Assembly: GCA_003135555.1 (NCBI GenBank)
Contig: PLCF01000009.1
Coordinates: forward strand, 1 to 50,458
DNA from: Vulcanimicrobiota bacterium
GTDB taxonomy: Bacteria > Vulcanimicrobiota > Vulcanimicrobiia > Vulcanimicrobiales > Vulcanimicrobiaceae
Direction: 5' to 3'
DNA length: 50,458 nt
Position numbers and translations under genes: made by a program. Shown here one piece after another: positions 8,577 through 18,458 of this stretch (the first letter of the stretch is position 1; every line of letters begins with the position of its first letter). The notes below the pieces were generated by a model, which was not told where the DNA came from, ran no database searches, and worked only from the letters and a program-made list of their open reading frames with translations.

Positions 8577-9410
8577 TTTGTGGCTCCCGAACAGCTTTTC
8601 GATGAACGACCGCTCGCGCGGAATCGCCGGCGGTTCGCTCAGCGCGCCGGTAATCCGTTGTGCGATGCGGCGATACGCCGCGCCGACGGGCGAGGCCGGA
8701 TCGAGCGCCACCGGCTCGCCGCGGTTGGTCGATACGATCACGTCGGGGGCATCTTCGATCACGCCCAGCAGCGGCAGGCGCAGGATGCTGTTGACGTCCT
8801 CGACCGAAAGCATCTTGCCCTTGCGCACCATCGCCGGCCGCAGCCGGTTCACGATCAACTGCACGCTGCGCTCGTCGCCCAACAGGCCGACGACGCGGTC
8901 GGCGTCTCGCACCGCCGCGACCTCCGGGGTGCAGACGATGATCGCCTCGTCCGCGCCGGCGATCGCGTTGGCAAAGCCCTTCTCGATCCCGGCCGGACAG
9001 TCGATGAGCACGAAGTCGAAGCGGTCGCGCAAGGCGCCGATCAGCTCGCGAAATGCGTTCGTGTCGACGTCGTCCTTTTCGCGCGTCTGCGCGGCGGCGA
9101 GCAGCCGCAGCGACGGCACCCGCTTGTCGGTCACCAGCGCCTCGTCGAGCGTCGCCTGACCTTCGAGCACGTCGAGCACGTGATGCCGCACCCGCGCTTC
9201 GAGGCCCATCACGATGTCGAGATTGCGCAGCCCGACGTCGGCGTCGACCAGCACGACCGATGCACCGCCGGCGGCGAGCGCCGCGCCGGTGTTCGCGGTC
9301 GTGGTCGTCTTACCGACCCCGCCTTTTCCGCTGGTCACCACGATCGCACGACCGCGGCGACGGGGGATCGAGCTGGTCGCCGGCGCTTCGGGCGCCATCA
9401 TCTCTTGCAT
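8574..9410 (-). CDS. minD: Second MinD paralog
   Basis: Deviant Walker A SGKGGVGKTT, DADVGLRNLD, IDCPAGIE, C-terminal membrane-targeting helix SFIEKLFG; ATG at 9410 overlaps the stop of the first minD. Confidence 0.92.
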   Translation of the reverse strand: MQEMMAPEAPATSSIPRRRGRAIVVTSGKGGVGKTTTTANTGAALAAGGASVVLVDADVGLRNLDIVMGLEARVRHHVLDVLEGQATLDEALVTDKRVPSLRLLAAAQTREKDDVDTNAFRELIGALRDRFDFVLIDCPAGIEKGFANAIAGADEAIIVCTPEVAAVRDADRVVGLLGDERSVQLIVNRLRPAMVRKGKMLSVEDVNSILRLPLLGVIEDAPDVIVSTNRGEPVALDPASPVGAAYRRIAQRITGALSEPPAIPRERSFIEKLFGSHK

Positions 9411-10195
9411 CAACCGGCCTTCCGGAAAAGTCGCCCGAAGAAGCCGGGCGTGCTGAGCTGGGTGAACGGAACCAGGTCGCCTTCGAGCCGGCGCGCGATC
9501 TTGTCGTAGATGATCCCCAGCCGGGACTCGACCTGCAGCCCGATCGGCTCGCCCTTGTTGGTCGTGTCGATCACCTCTTCGTCGTCGGGGACGATCCCGA
9601 GCAGTTCGGCCGAGAGGATATCGGTGACGTCGTCGACCGAAAGCATATCGCCGCTGCGCACCATCTCGGGCCGGATCCGGTTGATGATCAGCCGCAGCGG
9701 GAGGCTGCGCTCGTGCAGCTTGCCGATCACGCGGTCGGCGTCGCGGATCGCGCTGACCTCGGGCGTGGTGACCACGATCGCCTCGCTCGCTCCGGCGATC
9801 GCGTTGCGAAAGCCGTGCTCGATCCCGGCCGGGCAATCGATGAGGACGTAGTCGCACATCTCGCCGAGCTGTTCGATGACCTGCGCGAATTGCAGCTCGC
9901 CGATCGCGGTCTTGTCGCGCGTCTGCGCGGCCGGAAGGATCGATAGGTTCTCGATGCGCTTGTCCTTGATGAGCGCCTGGCGCAGCTGACAGCGCCCCTC
10001 GACGACCTCGACGATGTCGAACACGATGCGCTTCTCGACGCCCAGCACGAGATCGAGGTTGCGCAGCCCGATGTCCGCATCGACGAGGATGACGCGGTGC
10101 CCACGCTTGGCCAGCACAGCGCCAAGGTTGGCCGTCGTCGTGGTCTTTCCAACGCCGCCCTTGCCCGAAGTGATCACGATCCGCCGTGCGCTCAT
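9410..10195 (-). CDS. minD: Septum site-determining ATPase MinD
   Basis: SGKGGVGKTTTTAN, DADIGLRNLD, IDCPAGIEHGF, TPEVSAIRDADR, MTS GFFGRLFRK. Confidence 0.96.
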   Translation of the reverse strand: MSARRIVITSGKGGVGKTTTTANLGAVLAKRGHRVILVDADIGLRNLDLVLGVEKRIVFDIVEVVEGRCQLRQALIKDKRIENLSILPAAQTRDKTAIGELQFAQVIEQLGEMCDYVLIDCPAGIEHGFRNAIAGASEAIVVTTPEVSAIRDADRVIGKLHERSLPLRLIINRIRPEMVRSGDMLSVDDVTDILSAELLGIVPDDEEVIDTTNKGEPIGLQVESRLGIIYDKIARRLEGDLVPFTQLSTPGFFGRLFRKAG

Positions 10196-11037
10196 GCGTG
10201 TTGTTGCTCCCGGCGGAGGTCCGCCTCGGCGAAGGGGACGACGACGATGCGGTCGCCGACGATCGAGGCGTGCTCGGGACCGCGCGGCTTGTCGCCGGCG
10301 TCGCCGCTGGCGATCGCCGTCGCGATGCGTAGCTGCGTCGCCGCCAGCTCGAGTGCGATCACCCGGGCCGCGCGATCGCCCTGGGCGCCGGCGTGCGCCA
10401 CGCCACGCAGCGCCCCGAACACGACGATGTCGCCCGACGCGACGAGCTCGGCGCCGGGGTTGACGTCGCCGATGACGACGAGGTTGCCGAGGTTGTGCAG
10501 CGCCTGGCCCCCCCTCAGTGTGCCGCGGTGGTAGAGCGTCGAGATGCCGACCGGGAGCGCGCGCGCGGCGGCGGTCTGCGGCAGGGTCACCCCGGCCGAG
10601 GCGACGGCTGCGGCGGGCGCGTACTTGCGACGGCGCACCATGTCCTCGCGGGCGCCCGCAAAATCCGCCACCAGCGAGCGCGCGTCGTCGGAGAGCCGGA
10701 TCTCGCGATCGCGGCGCTGCCGGGGGAGCGGCGCGACCTCCGGTGCGGTCGTCGAGGGCACGCCGAGGTACGCCAGGTCCAGCTCGGCGACCGCGCCGGC
10801 GATCGCATCGACGCCGCTGACGCCGTCGAGGGTGATCCCGTACTCGGCCAACAGGTCGCGAAAGGCCGCGATCTCGTGTGCGGGCGGCTCGAGGATACCG
10901 AGGTTGGCAACCGCCCGGCTCCCACGGTAGAACTCGCCCCGGGCTTCGAACTGCGCGCGCAACTCTTCAACCGCGGCTGCTAAGGCGCGGTCGACGGCGA
11001 TCTCGAGGCTGCGGCCGCGCCCGCGAACGGTGCTCAA
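10192..11037 (-). CDS. minC: Septum site-determining protein MinC
   Basis: C-terminal beta-helix GTLRGGQ..LVVIGDVNPGAELVASGDIVVFGALRGVAHAGAQGD; TTG start after AAGGAG. Confidence 0.92.
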   Translation of the reverse strand: MSTVRGRGRSLEIAVDRALAAAVEELRAQFEARGEFYRGSRAVANLGILEPPAHEIAAFRDLLAEYGITLDGVSGVDAIAGAVAELDLAYLGVPSTTAPEVAPLPRQRRDREIRLSDDARSLVADFAGAREDMVRRRKYAPAAAVASAGVTLPQTAAARALPVGISTLYHRGTLRGGQALHNLGNLVVIGDVNPGAELVASGDIVVFGALRGVAHAGAQGDRAARVIALELAATQLRIATAIASGDAGDKPRGPEHASIVGDRIVVVPFAEADLRREQQHA

Positions 11038-11128
11038 CGGCGTCGCTCCTTGACCATGATCGCCCGCGGTTCCCAAGGGCCGGGACTCGCCCCTGCGCGT
11101 TCCACACGGAATGCACGGGAAACTTCGG

Positions 11129-11137
11129 TTGTCCACA
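11129..11137 (+). promoter_or_regulatory. Possible DnaA box TTGTCCACA in the divergent minC / M48 promoter region
   Basis: Exact match to the TT(A/G)TCCACA box form; a single site only. Confidence 0.35.
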
Positions 11138-11238
11138 CACAATCCTCAGATTTTTACGTTAGTAGTGGAGAGCTACGGACCCCCGTCGAACCATAGGGGT
11201 CCGGCTCAGACCGGTCGACCGCCATCCGAGGATAGCCC

Positions 11239-13254
11239 ATGCCGTTCCGCCGCATCGTCGTCATCGCCCTCAGTATCGCGATGATGAGTGCCAGCATCCC
11301 GTCACCCGTCTTGGCCACGTCGACCTCGACCGAAGTTCAGATCGGTAAGGAGTACGACAAGCAGATCACCGACTCGACGGTGGTAGTGACCGACCCGCTG
11401 CTCAACCAGTGGGTCAACGACATCTCCACCAAGCTGTGGGCTCAGACGGCGCGCAAAGACGTCCCGTACTCGATCAAGATCCTCGACGTCGCGGACATCA
11501 ACGCGTTCTCGACGATGGGCGGCTACGTCTACATCAACGAGGGCACGCTGGACTTCGTCCAGAGCGACGACGAGCTGGCCAGCATCATCGGCCACGAGAC
11601 CGGGCACATCGAACGGCGCCATGCGGTCACCGCGCAGAACAAGGCCTCGATCCTCAACGTGATCTTCGGCGTCGCGTCGCTGTTCTTTCCGCTGGTCTAC
11701 CGCTTCGGTCAGCTCGCGCAAGCCGGTACACTGGCGCGCATCGCCCGCGACGACGAAAACGAAGCCGACAAGTACGGCCTCATGCTGATGACGCGCGCCG
11801 GCTACGATCCCGATGCGATGCCTTCGTTCATGGCGCACCTGGGCGCGGTCGAGTCAACGAATCGCGACCTCATCTCGAAGTATCTCGCCGACCATCCGGA
11901 CAACAAGAAGCGGCTGGCGAACCTCAACGGGGATCCGGAGCTCAACCCGAACCTGCGCACCGACGACCAACGCGTCGCGCAGGCGACCCACGATTTCGAC
12001 ACGGGCCGCTACAACATCGCGTCAATGAAGTTCTCCGACATCCTCAAGCGCCGGCCCGACGATGCGACGGCACGCTTCCAGCTCGGCCAGTCGCAGCTCG
12101 CGCTGGGCCAACTTTCCAAAGGCGAACAAAACCTGGCGGGGGCTGCGGAAAAGGTCTCACCGCAGGCTAAGGCGCTGGCCGACGTGCGCATCAAAGCGCT
12201 GCGCGACGCCGAGCGCCGCTTGAACTTGCTCCACCCCGATCTCGCGCCGCTGCGGACGATGCTGGCGACCGCGCAAAGCAACGAGACTCTGTCCGCGACC
12301 GCCATCGCGACGCGCCGCCAGGAAGGGCTCGATCAGATCAAGTCCTTGCGGAACCGCATCGAGAACATCGTTTACGGCATCCCGGACCTCTCGCGAGTGA
12401 AGCCGCGCAAGGATTCGCGCCTCGACACGCTGCTCCACAACGTCAACACGATGTCCAAATCGCTCGACACCGCGACGAACAAGACCGCCGAAACGATCAG
12501 CGGCGTCGGCTCGCTCGAGCGCAACAAAGAAGGCGGGCTGCTCAAAGAGAACGCCGACATTCTCAACGAGCTGTCGGCGCCGCTCAAGCTCGACAACCCG
12601 CCGCCGCAAGCCCTGGCGACGTTCCCGTCGTATCCGGGGATGTTCGCATCGATCGGCGCGGCCGACTCGGACATGGTGCGCGGCGTCGACGCCGCGCGCG
12701 CGTCGCTGGCGATCCTCGACGTCGGTCTGGGCGATCTCGATCTGTTCGTGCAAGAGCTGCGTCATGCCACGATCGACGTGACGGGCGACCTGGGGATGTC
12801 GGACTACCACCGCCTCGAGCCGCTGATGACCAAAGCCGTCGACTCGCTCAACAAGGCCGCGGTCGGCGCGACGCAGGCGTCGCAGCTGTTCAACATGGCG
12901 CGCTCGCGCCAGCTCCAGACCCGCATCGACATGCTCGGCGTCCAGGAGTCGGCGGACCGCTACGCGACCTTCCAGCACGCGCTCGACGTGCGCTTCCACA
13001 CCAAGGGCCTCGACTTCGACCAGCTCGCGCGAGAGAACGTGACGCCCGGACAGGTGGCGGCCGCGGTCATCGTGGGGGCCGACACCAACGCGGCGCCGCA
13101 GGCGATCCTGGCCGAGGCCAAGGCCTCGGGCAAGAGCATCGTCGACCTCGCCAACTCGCGCGGGATGTACGCTCAGTCGCTCGAGATCTTCCTCGGGATC
13201 CTGTACCTCAACTACACCGACGACCCGGACAAGGAAGCGCGCGGCCGCACGTAA
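11239..13254 (+). CDS. Exported M48 family Zn-metalloprotease with TPR and long helical C-terminal region (BepA/YfgC-like N-half)
   Basis: Signal peptide; INAFSTMGGYVY, GHETGH (HExxH), ENEADKYG, AGYDP, DHP; TPR-like helices follow. Confidence 0.85.
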   Translation: MPFRRIVVIALSIAMMSASIPSPVLATSTSTEVQIGKEYDKQITDSTVVVTDPLLNQWVNDISTKLWAQTARKDVPYSIKILDVADINAFSTMGGYVYINEGTLDFVQSDDELASIIGHETGHIERRHAVTAQNKASILNVIFGVASLFFPLVYRFGQLAQAGTLARIARDDENEADKYGLMLMTRAGYDPDAMPSFMAHLGAVESTNRDLISKYLADHPDNKKRLANLNGDPELNPNLRTDDQRVAQATHDFDTGRYNIASMKFSDILKRRPDDATARFQLGQSQLALGQLSKGEQNLAGAAEKVSPQAKALADVRIKALRDAERRLNLLHPDLAPLRTMLATAQSNETLSATAIATRRQEGLDQIKSLRNRIENIVYGIPDLSRVKPRKDSRLDTLLHNVNTMSKSLDTATNKTAETISGVGSLERNKEGGLLKENADILNELSAPLKLDNPPPQALATFPSYPGMFASIGAADSDMVRGVDAARASLAILDVGLGDLDLFVQELRHATIDVTGDLGMSDYHRLEPLMTKAVDSLNKAAVGATQASQLFNMARSRQLQTRIDMLGVQESADRYATFQHALDVRFHTKGLDFDQLARENVTPGQVAAAVIVGADTNAAPQAILAEAKASGKSIVDLANSRGMYAQSLEIFLGILYLNYTDDPDKEARGRT

Positions 13255-13286
13255 CCACCCTCTGCCCAGCGGGGTAGGAGCGTAAC

Positions 13287-14297
13287 GTGAACGCTTCTTC
13301 CGCCGCCGCGGCCTTCGAACGCCTGCGTGGATCGCTCAACATCGGGGCCGTGCACGCGGGCGCTCGGCGTCCCTTCAAGTTCTTCGTCTGCGGCGACCCG
13401 GCGCTGCTGGGCGAGCTACGGGCGACCCTGCTGGCGGGGCACGACGGGGATTCGATCCCGCCCGAGGCGGCGGCAGCGTTCGAAACCCTCGACCTGCAGC
13501 GCAGCGTCGACTCCTCCGACGCCCGAGCGGTGGTCTGCGTCGCGCGGCCCGGCGATCGCGCCACCCTGCCGCTGCAGCGGTTTACCGCCCTGCAGCTGCC
13601 GGTCTTCGTGCTCATCCTCGATCCGGCGGCGACGGCGACGACCGGGCCGACCCAGCCGCCGCCGGCGGGCGGCGCCGAGGAATACGTTGTCGACCGCATC
13701 GCGATCGAGACGCTGCGCGGACGTTTTCTGCCCCACCTCATCGAGTGCTGCAAGGGGATCGAGGTCGCCGTCGGGCGCCGGCTGCCGGCGCTGCGCGACA
13801 CGGTCGCGGCGAAGCTCACCCGCGACGCGGCGCTGAGCTCGCTCAAGGTCGCGGGGGCCAGCGCCGTCGTCGACCACATCCCCGTCCTGGGCGTCGTGCT
13901 GGGCGCGTTCGCGTCGGGCGCCGACATGTTCGCCATCACCGGGATCCAGATGACGCTCATGCTCAACATCGGGGCGACCTTCGGGCGCGACCCGGACCTC
14001 TCGCAGCTCTGGGAGCTGCTGCCCGTGGTCGGGGGCGGATTCGGCTGGCGCGCGCTGGCGCGCGAGCTCTCCGGCTTCATCCCGGTCGGCGGGATCTTCA
14101 TCAAAGCGGCGATCGCCTACGCCGGAACGGTCGTCGTCGGCGAGGGAGTCACCTTTTACTACCGCAACGGCCGCCAGATGGGCGTCGACGACGCGGCGCG
14201 CGTGTACGACGAGGCGAAGGCGACCGCGATGACGTTCGCGCGTGATATCCTAGCGCGCTTTCGCGGCAACGGCGACGGCAAGAACGGCGCTGCCTAA
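13287..14297 (+). CDS. Conserved hypothetical protein with DUF697-like hydrophobic C-terminal domain
   Basis: IPVLG..ADMFAITGIQMTLMLNIGATFG..IPVGG..IKAAIAYAGT pattern; good codon bias. Confidence 0.6.
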   Translation: MNASSAAAAFERLRGSLNIGAVHAGARRPFKFFVCGDPALLGELRATLLAGHDGDSIPPEAAAAFETLDLQRSVDSSDARAVVCVARPGDRATLPLQRFTALQLPVFVLILDPAATATTGPTQPPPAGGAEEYVVDRIAIETLRGRFLPHLIECCKGIEVAVGRRLPALRDTVAAKLTRDAALSSLKVAGASAVVDHIPVLGVVLGAFASGADMFAITGIQMTLMLNIGATFGRDPDLSQLWELLPVVGGGFGWRALARELSGFIPVGGIFIKAAIAYAGTVVVGEGVTFYYRNGRQMGVDDAARVYDEAKATAMTFARDILARFRGNGDGKNGAA

Positions 14298-14326
14298 GCG
14301 CGGTCGCTCCGGGTGAGTGCGCTCGT

Positions 14327-15055
14327 TCAGATGCGCACGAGATATTCGAGCAGCGCCTCGTCGCCGAGCGGCGGGTGCTCGTCGCGCAGCGTCGGCCGGA
14401 CGCGATCGGCGATGCGCGTCGCGAGGCGCATCCGCGCCGCCGGGTCGAGCGTCGCGCGACGGGCCAGAAACCGTTCGATCAACAACCGATCCGCTTCGGC
14501 GATGCCGCTCGCGCTGCGCGTCGCGCGTGAGAGATAGGCATCGAGGTCGGCCACCGCGTCGGCGCGGTCGCGCACGACGATCGTTCCGGCCGCGAAGTCA
14601 CCCAGACGTTTGTTCTCCGGTGAGATCAGCGCGCTGATCGCCGACAGCGCGTAGAAGCCGAGCCCGAACTCGACGATGCGCACGAGGTTGCGGATGATCG
14701 CGGCTCCGGCATCGATCGGAAAGCCGCCGTCGCGCACGACCCGCAGGCCCAGCGCGCGCTTCCCCGGGCTGCGTCCCGACCACCACGTCTCGAAGATGAT
14801 GAACCAGCCGAAAAAGATCAGGAAGAAGAGCAGGACCGCGAACGCGATCCCCCACGCCGCCAGGTTCTTTGCGCCGACCGGGATCAGGCGCACGATACCC
14901 TGACCGGCGACCGCGAACGCGAACAGCAACGCGATGGCGACCGCGACTTGTGCGATCAAGTCCACCATGACCGCGAGAAACCGGCTCCCCAGGCCGGCCA
15001 GCTCGTAGCGGATCGCGACGGCCTCCCCCGTCCTAATTTCGACGCTGCGCTCCAT
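14327..15055 (-). CDS. RDD family membrane protein
   Basis: LAGLGSRFLAVMVD, GRSPGKRALGLRVV, IRNLVRIVE, KRLGDFAAGTIVV. Confidence 0.9.
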   Translation of the reverse strand: MERSVEIRTGEAVAIRYELAGLGSRFLAVMVDLIAQVAVAIALLFAFAVAGQGIVRLIPVGAKNLAAWGIAFAVLLFFLIFFGWFIIFETWWSGRSPGKRALGLRVVRDGGFPIDAGAAIIRNLVRIVEFGLGFYALSAISALISPENKRLGDFAAGTIVVRDRADAVADLDAYLSRATRSASGIAEADRLLIERFLARRATLDPAARMRLATRIADRVRPTLRDEHPPLGDEALLEYLVRI

Positions 15056-15059
15056 TTTG

Positions 15060-15176
15060 AAGGCGCTTCGCCCCTGGCTCCGCGCCCCCCGCGCGCTTTA
15101 GCGCGCGGGGCCCCCAAAAGTGCGCGCGCTCGCGATGGTCTCGTGGCGCCATTCCCCCAGGGCGCGCGCTTGCAAC
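15060..15176 (-). repeat. Structured repeat family 1, copy 1
   Basis: Shares CTsGGGGAAT, GGGGGCCCC-hairpin-GGGGGGCGCGsAGCC and GGGGCGrAGCGCC with copies at 41383 and 42626. Confidence 0.8.
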
Positions 15177-15211
15177 CGGGTTGGCTTCGCTCGGGAAGCG
15201 AATGGGACGGT

Positions 15212-16270
15212 ATGCGGGAGCGGCGGTTCGTGATTTCGCGGCGGGAGCGGTGGGATCGGCTGGGGGCGTTGGTGGATCGCGCGGCGCGCAAGGGCGTGCG
15301 ATCGCTGCGTGCCGCCGAGATCGACGAGCTCGCGCTGGCGTACCGGGCGGCGACGAGCGACCTCGCGATCGCCAAGACCCGCGGTGAAGACCCCGTCATC
15401 CTCGACCACCTCAACCGGCTCACCGCACGCGCGCACTCGGTCGTCTACGTCGCGACCGCGCGCACCGGCTGGTCGCGGCTGGTCGATTTCATCGTGCGGG
15501 CCTTTCCCCGTGAGGTGCGGCGGTCATGGGCCCCGATCATGCTCTGCACCGCGATCACCGTGATCTCCGCGATCGTGGCGTACGCCTCGGTGTCGGCGGA
15601 CCCGACCAACGTGCACGCGCTCGTCCCCGGGGTCCAGATCCCAAGCATGGACAAGGGGCTGCACGACTCGAACTTCGGTTTCGACCGCGCGAACTCGCCC
15701 ATCGCGGCCACCGAGATCATCACCAACAACGTCCAGGTCGCCGCGGTCGCGTTCGCGGGCGGGATGACGGGCGGGCTCCTCACCGGCTGGATCATCCTCA
15801 CCAACGGCCTGATGGTCGGAGCGCTCGCCGCGCTCTACGCCAAGGCGGGCTTTTCGGCCGATTTTTGGGCCACGATCGCGCCGCACGGCGTCATCGAGCT
15901 CAGCGCGATCCAGATCGCGGGCGGGGCCGGCCTGGTGCTCGCCGCCGGCTACTTGCGTCCCGGCCGGGCGCGGCGCAGCGACGCGCTGGTGGTCGCGGCA
16001 CGACGGGCCGGAACGTTGGTGATGGGCGTCGCGCTGCTGCTCTGCGTCGCCGGAACGATCGAAGGCTTCGTCTCGCCGATGCGGCTCTCGATCCCGGTAC
16101 GCGACGGGATCGGCGTGCTCACCGCGATCGGGTTGCTGGCGTATCTCTTGGGCGCGGGCACGCGGCGTTCACAGCAGCCCGCGCGTCTTGACGTCGACGT
16201 ACGCGTCGAGCAGCGCGATGGTGAGCTCGGCCGCGGGCACGTCGACGACGAGCACCCCGCGATCGCGTAG
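15212..16270 (+). CDS. Stage II sporulation protein M (SpoIIM/DUF95) family membrane protein
   Basis: Start MRERRFVISRRERWDRL; YRAATSDLAIA, IITNNVQVA, NGLMVG, PHGVIELSAI, GTIEGFVSP; 3' end overlaps the convergent DUF58 gene by about 100 bp. Confidence 0.88.
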   Translation: MRERRFVISRRERWDRLGALVDRAARKGVRSLRAAEIDELALAYRAATSDLAIAKTRGEDPVILDHLNRLTARAHSVVYVATARTGWSRLVDFIVRAFPREVRRSWAPIMLCTAITVISAIVAYASVSADPTNVHALVPGVQIPSMDKGLHDSNFGFDRANSPIAATEIITNNVQVAAVAFAGGMTGGLLTGWIILTNGLMVGALAALYAKAGFSADFWATIAPHGVIELSAIQIAGGAGLVLAAGYLRPGRARRSDALVVAARRAGTLVMGVALLLCVAGTIEGFVSPMRLSIPVRDGIGVLTAIGLLAYLLGAGTRRSQQPARLDVDVRVEQRDGELGRGHVDDEHPAIA

Positions 16271-17476
16271 CGTCGCCACGGCGCGGTCGCGTTCTTCGGA
16301 CAGCGTCGCCGCGACCGCCGCGCGGTAGGCGTCGTCGGCGTCGAGGGGGACGCGTCGCAGCGCGGCGCCGATCGCCGCGTCATTCATCAACACTACCAGG
16401 CAGAGATGCCGCGCGGTCAGCAGCTTCGCCGCGGCCAACACCGCGCCCGACGCGACCGGATCGAACAGATCGGTGAACAGCACGATGAGGCTGCGCCGCT
16501 TCAGGGTGCGCCCGATCTCCAGAAACGCGCGCTCGTAGTCGGCTTCCTCGAAGCGCGGCTCCACGTCGGAGAGCAGATCGGTGAGGTGCGCGCTATGCTG
16601 CGTCCCGCTCCCCGGCGACAGGCGCGCCAGCACGGTGGAAGCGAACGCGATCACGCCGACCCGATCGGCGGCGAGTCGCGCCATCGCGGCGATCGCGAGC
16701 GCGGCGCTGACCGCGTAGTCGAGCTTGCGCCGGTCGCCCAGCCGCGGCGTCATCAACCGGCCCGCGTCGATCGCGACGACGATCTGCTGTGCCCGCTCGA
16801 CTTCGTATTGCGTGACCATCGGTTTTCCGCGCCGCGCCGATGCCTTCCAGTCGATGGAGCGGAACGCGTCGTCGGTCGTGTACTCGCGCAGGCTGGCGAA
16901 CTCGCCTCCCATGCCGCGCCGCCGCAGGCGCCGCAAACCCGAGTCGATGAGCTTGGTGCGCGCGACCAGATCGCCGCTGCGATCCAAAGCGGAGAGGTCC
17001 GGCATCACGCGCACCGCGACTGGCGCCGCGAAGGCACGGCGCAGCTCGACGATCCCCAGCCGCGACTGGATTCGCGCGTGGTACGAGCGCAGCGCGGTCC
17101 GGCCGCGCTCGCGCGGCACGACGCCCAGCGTCAGCTCGGTGCGGGTACGCGGCGGGAGGACGGCCCGCGCCTCGTCCACATCGATCACCAGCCGGTCCGC
17201 GGGCGCTTCGACGAGCGCGACGCGGCGTTCTCGCGGCGTACGGTTCACGACCTCGTAGCGCAGCACGTCGTGGCGTGCTAGGGCGAGCCGCGGCGGAGCG
17301 GCCCGGACGATCTCGACACTGCCTTGCAGCAGCACGACGTCGTAGACGATCAGGATGCCGAACGCCAGCAATGCGACGCCGGCGGCGACCGGCCAGGCGA
17401 ACGAGCCCGCCAGCAGGTAGCCGACCAGCGCCAGGACCAGCAACGCCGCGACCCCGCGCGGCGCGATGCGCGGCAT
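16169..17476 (-). CDS. DUF58 domain (vWA-like) protein, typical MoxR partner
   Basis: GEFASLREY..DAFRSIDWKASARR, IDAGRLM, DRVGVIAF, LIVLFTD. Confidence 0.9.
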   Translation of the reverse strand: MPRIAPRGVAALLVLALVGYLLAGSFAWPVAAGVALLAFGILIVYDVVLLQGSVEIVRAAPPRLALARHDVLRYEVVNRTPRERRVALVEAPADRLVIDVDEARAVLPPRTRTELTLGVVPRERGRTALRSYHARIQSRLGIVELRRAFAAPVAVRVMPDLSALDRSGDLVARTKLIDSGLRRLRRRGMGGEFASLREYTTDDAFRSIDWKASARRGKPMVTQYEVERAQQIVVAIDAGRLMTPRLGDRRKLDYAVSAALAIAAMARLAADRVGVIAFASTVLARLSPGSGTQHSAHLTDLLSDVEPRFEEADYERAFLEIGRTLKRRSLIVLFTDLFDPVASGAVLAAAKLLTARHLCLVVLMNDAAIGAALRRVPLDADDAYRAAVAATLSEERDRAVATLRDRGVLVVDVPAAELTIALLDAYVDVKTRGLL

Positions 17477-17501
17477 CAGGTGCGCCCGCGCGACGCGCAG
17501 C

Positions 17502-18458
17502 TCACGTCTCGGGCGCCGCGACGCTGGCCAAAACGCGGGTGATGACCTCGTCGGCGGTCGTCCCGTCGAGCTCCGCTTCGGGACGCACGATGATGCGGTG
17601 CGGGAGGACCACCGGCGCGACGTCCTTCACGTCGTCGGGCGTGGCGAACGCGCGGCCGTCCAGATATGCCGCCGCCTGCGCGGCTACCACCAGCGCCAGC
17701 GCGGCGCGCGGGCTCGCGCCCAGCGCGACGTCGGGCGAGCTGCGCGTCGCAGCGACGAGATCGTACAGGTACCCTTGCAACGACTCGGCGACGTGGATCC
17801 CACGCACCGCTTGCTGGGCCGCCAGCAGCTCCTCGCCGCTGACCACGGTCGTCACGCCGGCGGCGTCGAGATCGCGGGCGTCGAATCCGGCGACCGCGCG
17901 CGCGATCAGCGCCCGCTCGTCGGCCGGCGCCGGATAGCCGGTGCGGACGCGCACCAGAAAGCGGTCGAGTTGGGCTTCGGGGAGCGGATAGGTTCCCTCG
18001 AACTCGACCGGATTCTGCGTCGCGCACACCAGGAACGGCGGCGCCAGCGGATACGTCGTCCCGTCGATGGTAACGTGGCGCTCTTCCATCGCTTCGAGCA
18101 GCGCCGCTTGGGTCTTGGGCGGCGTCCGGTTGATCTCATCGGCGAGCAAAATATTGGAGAAGATCGGGCCGCGGCGCAACGAGAAGGTTGCGCTGCGCTG
18201 ATCGAAGACGGTCGTGCCGACGACGTCGGACGGCATCAGATCGGGCGTGAACTGAATGCGCCCGTACGTAACGCCCAGCAGCCGGGCCAGAACCCGAACG
18301 GTCAGCGTCTTCGCGGTTCCCGGGACGCCTTCGATGAGCGCGTGACCGCCGGCGAGCAGCGCGACGATCAGCCCGAAGCCGACGCGATCAGCGCCGACGA
18401 CGACGCGCGCGAGCCCCTCTCGCAGCCGTTGCGATACTTCGGTCGGGGCTGGTTGCAC
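17502..18458 (-). CDS. moxR: MoxR family AAA+ ATPase
   Basis: GHALIEGVPGTAKT, RIQFTPDLMPSD, LADEINRTPPKTQAALLEAMEE, ATQNPVE, YPLPEAQLDRF, GASPRA; GTG start after GAGGAG. Confidence 0.95.
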   Translation of the reverse strand: MQPAPTEVSQRLREGLARVVVGADRVGFGLIVALLAGGHALIEGVPGTAKTLTVRVLARLLGVTYGRIQFTPDLMPSDVVGTTVFDQRSATFSLRRGPIFSNILLADEINRTPPKTQAALLEAMEERHVTIDGTTYPLAPPFLVCATQNPVEFEGTYPLPEAQLDRFLVRVRTGYPAPADERALIARAVAGFDARDLDAAGVTTVVSGEELLAAQQAVRGIHVAESLQGYLYDLVAATRSSPDVALGASPRAALALVVAAQAAAYLDGRAFATPDDVKDVAPVVLPHRIIVRPEAELDGTTADEVITRVLASVAAPET

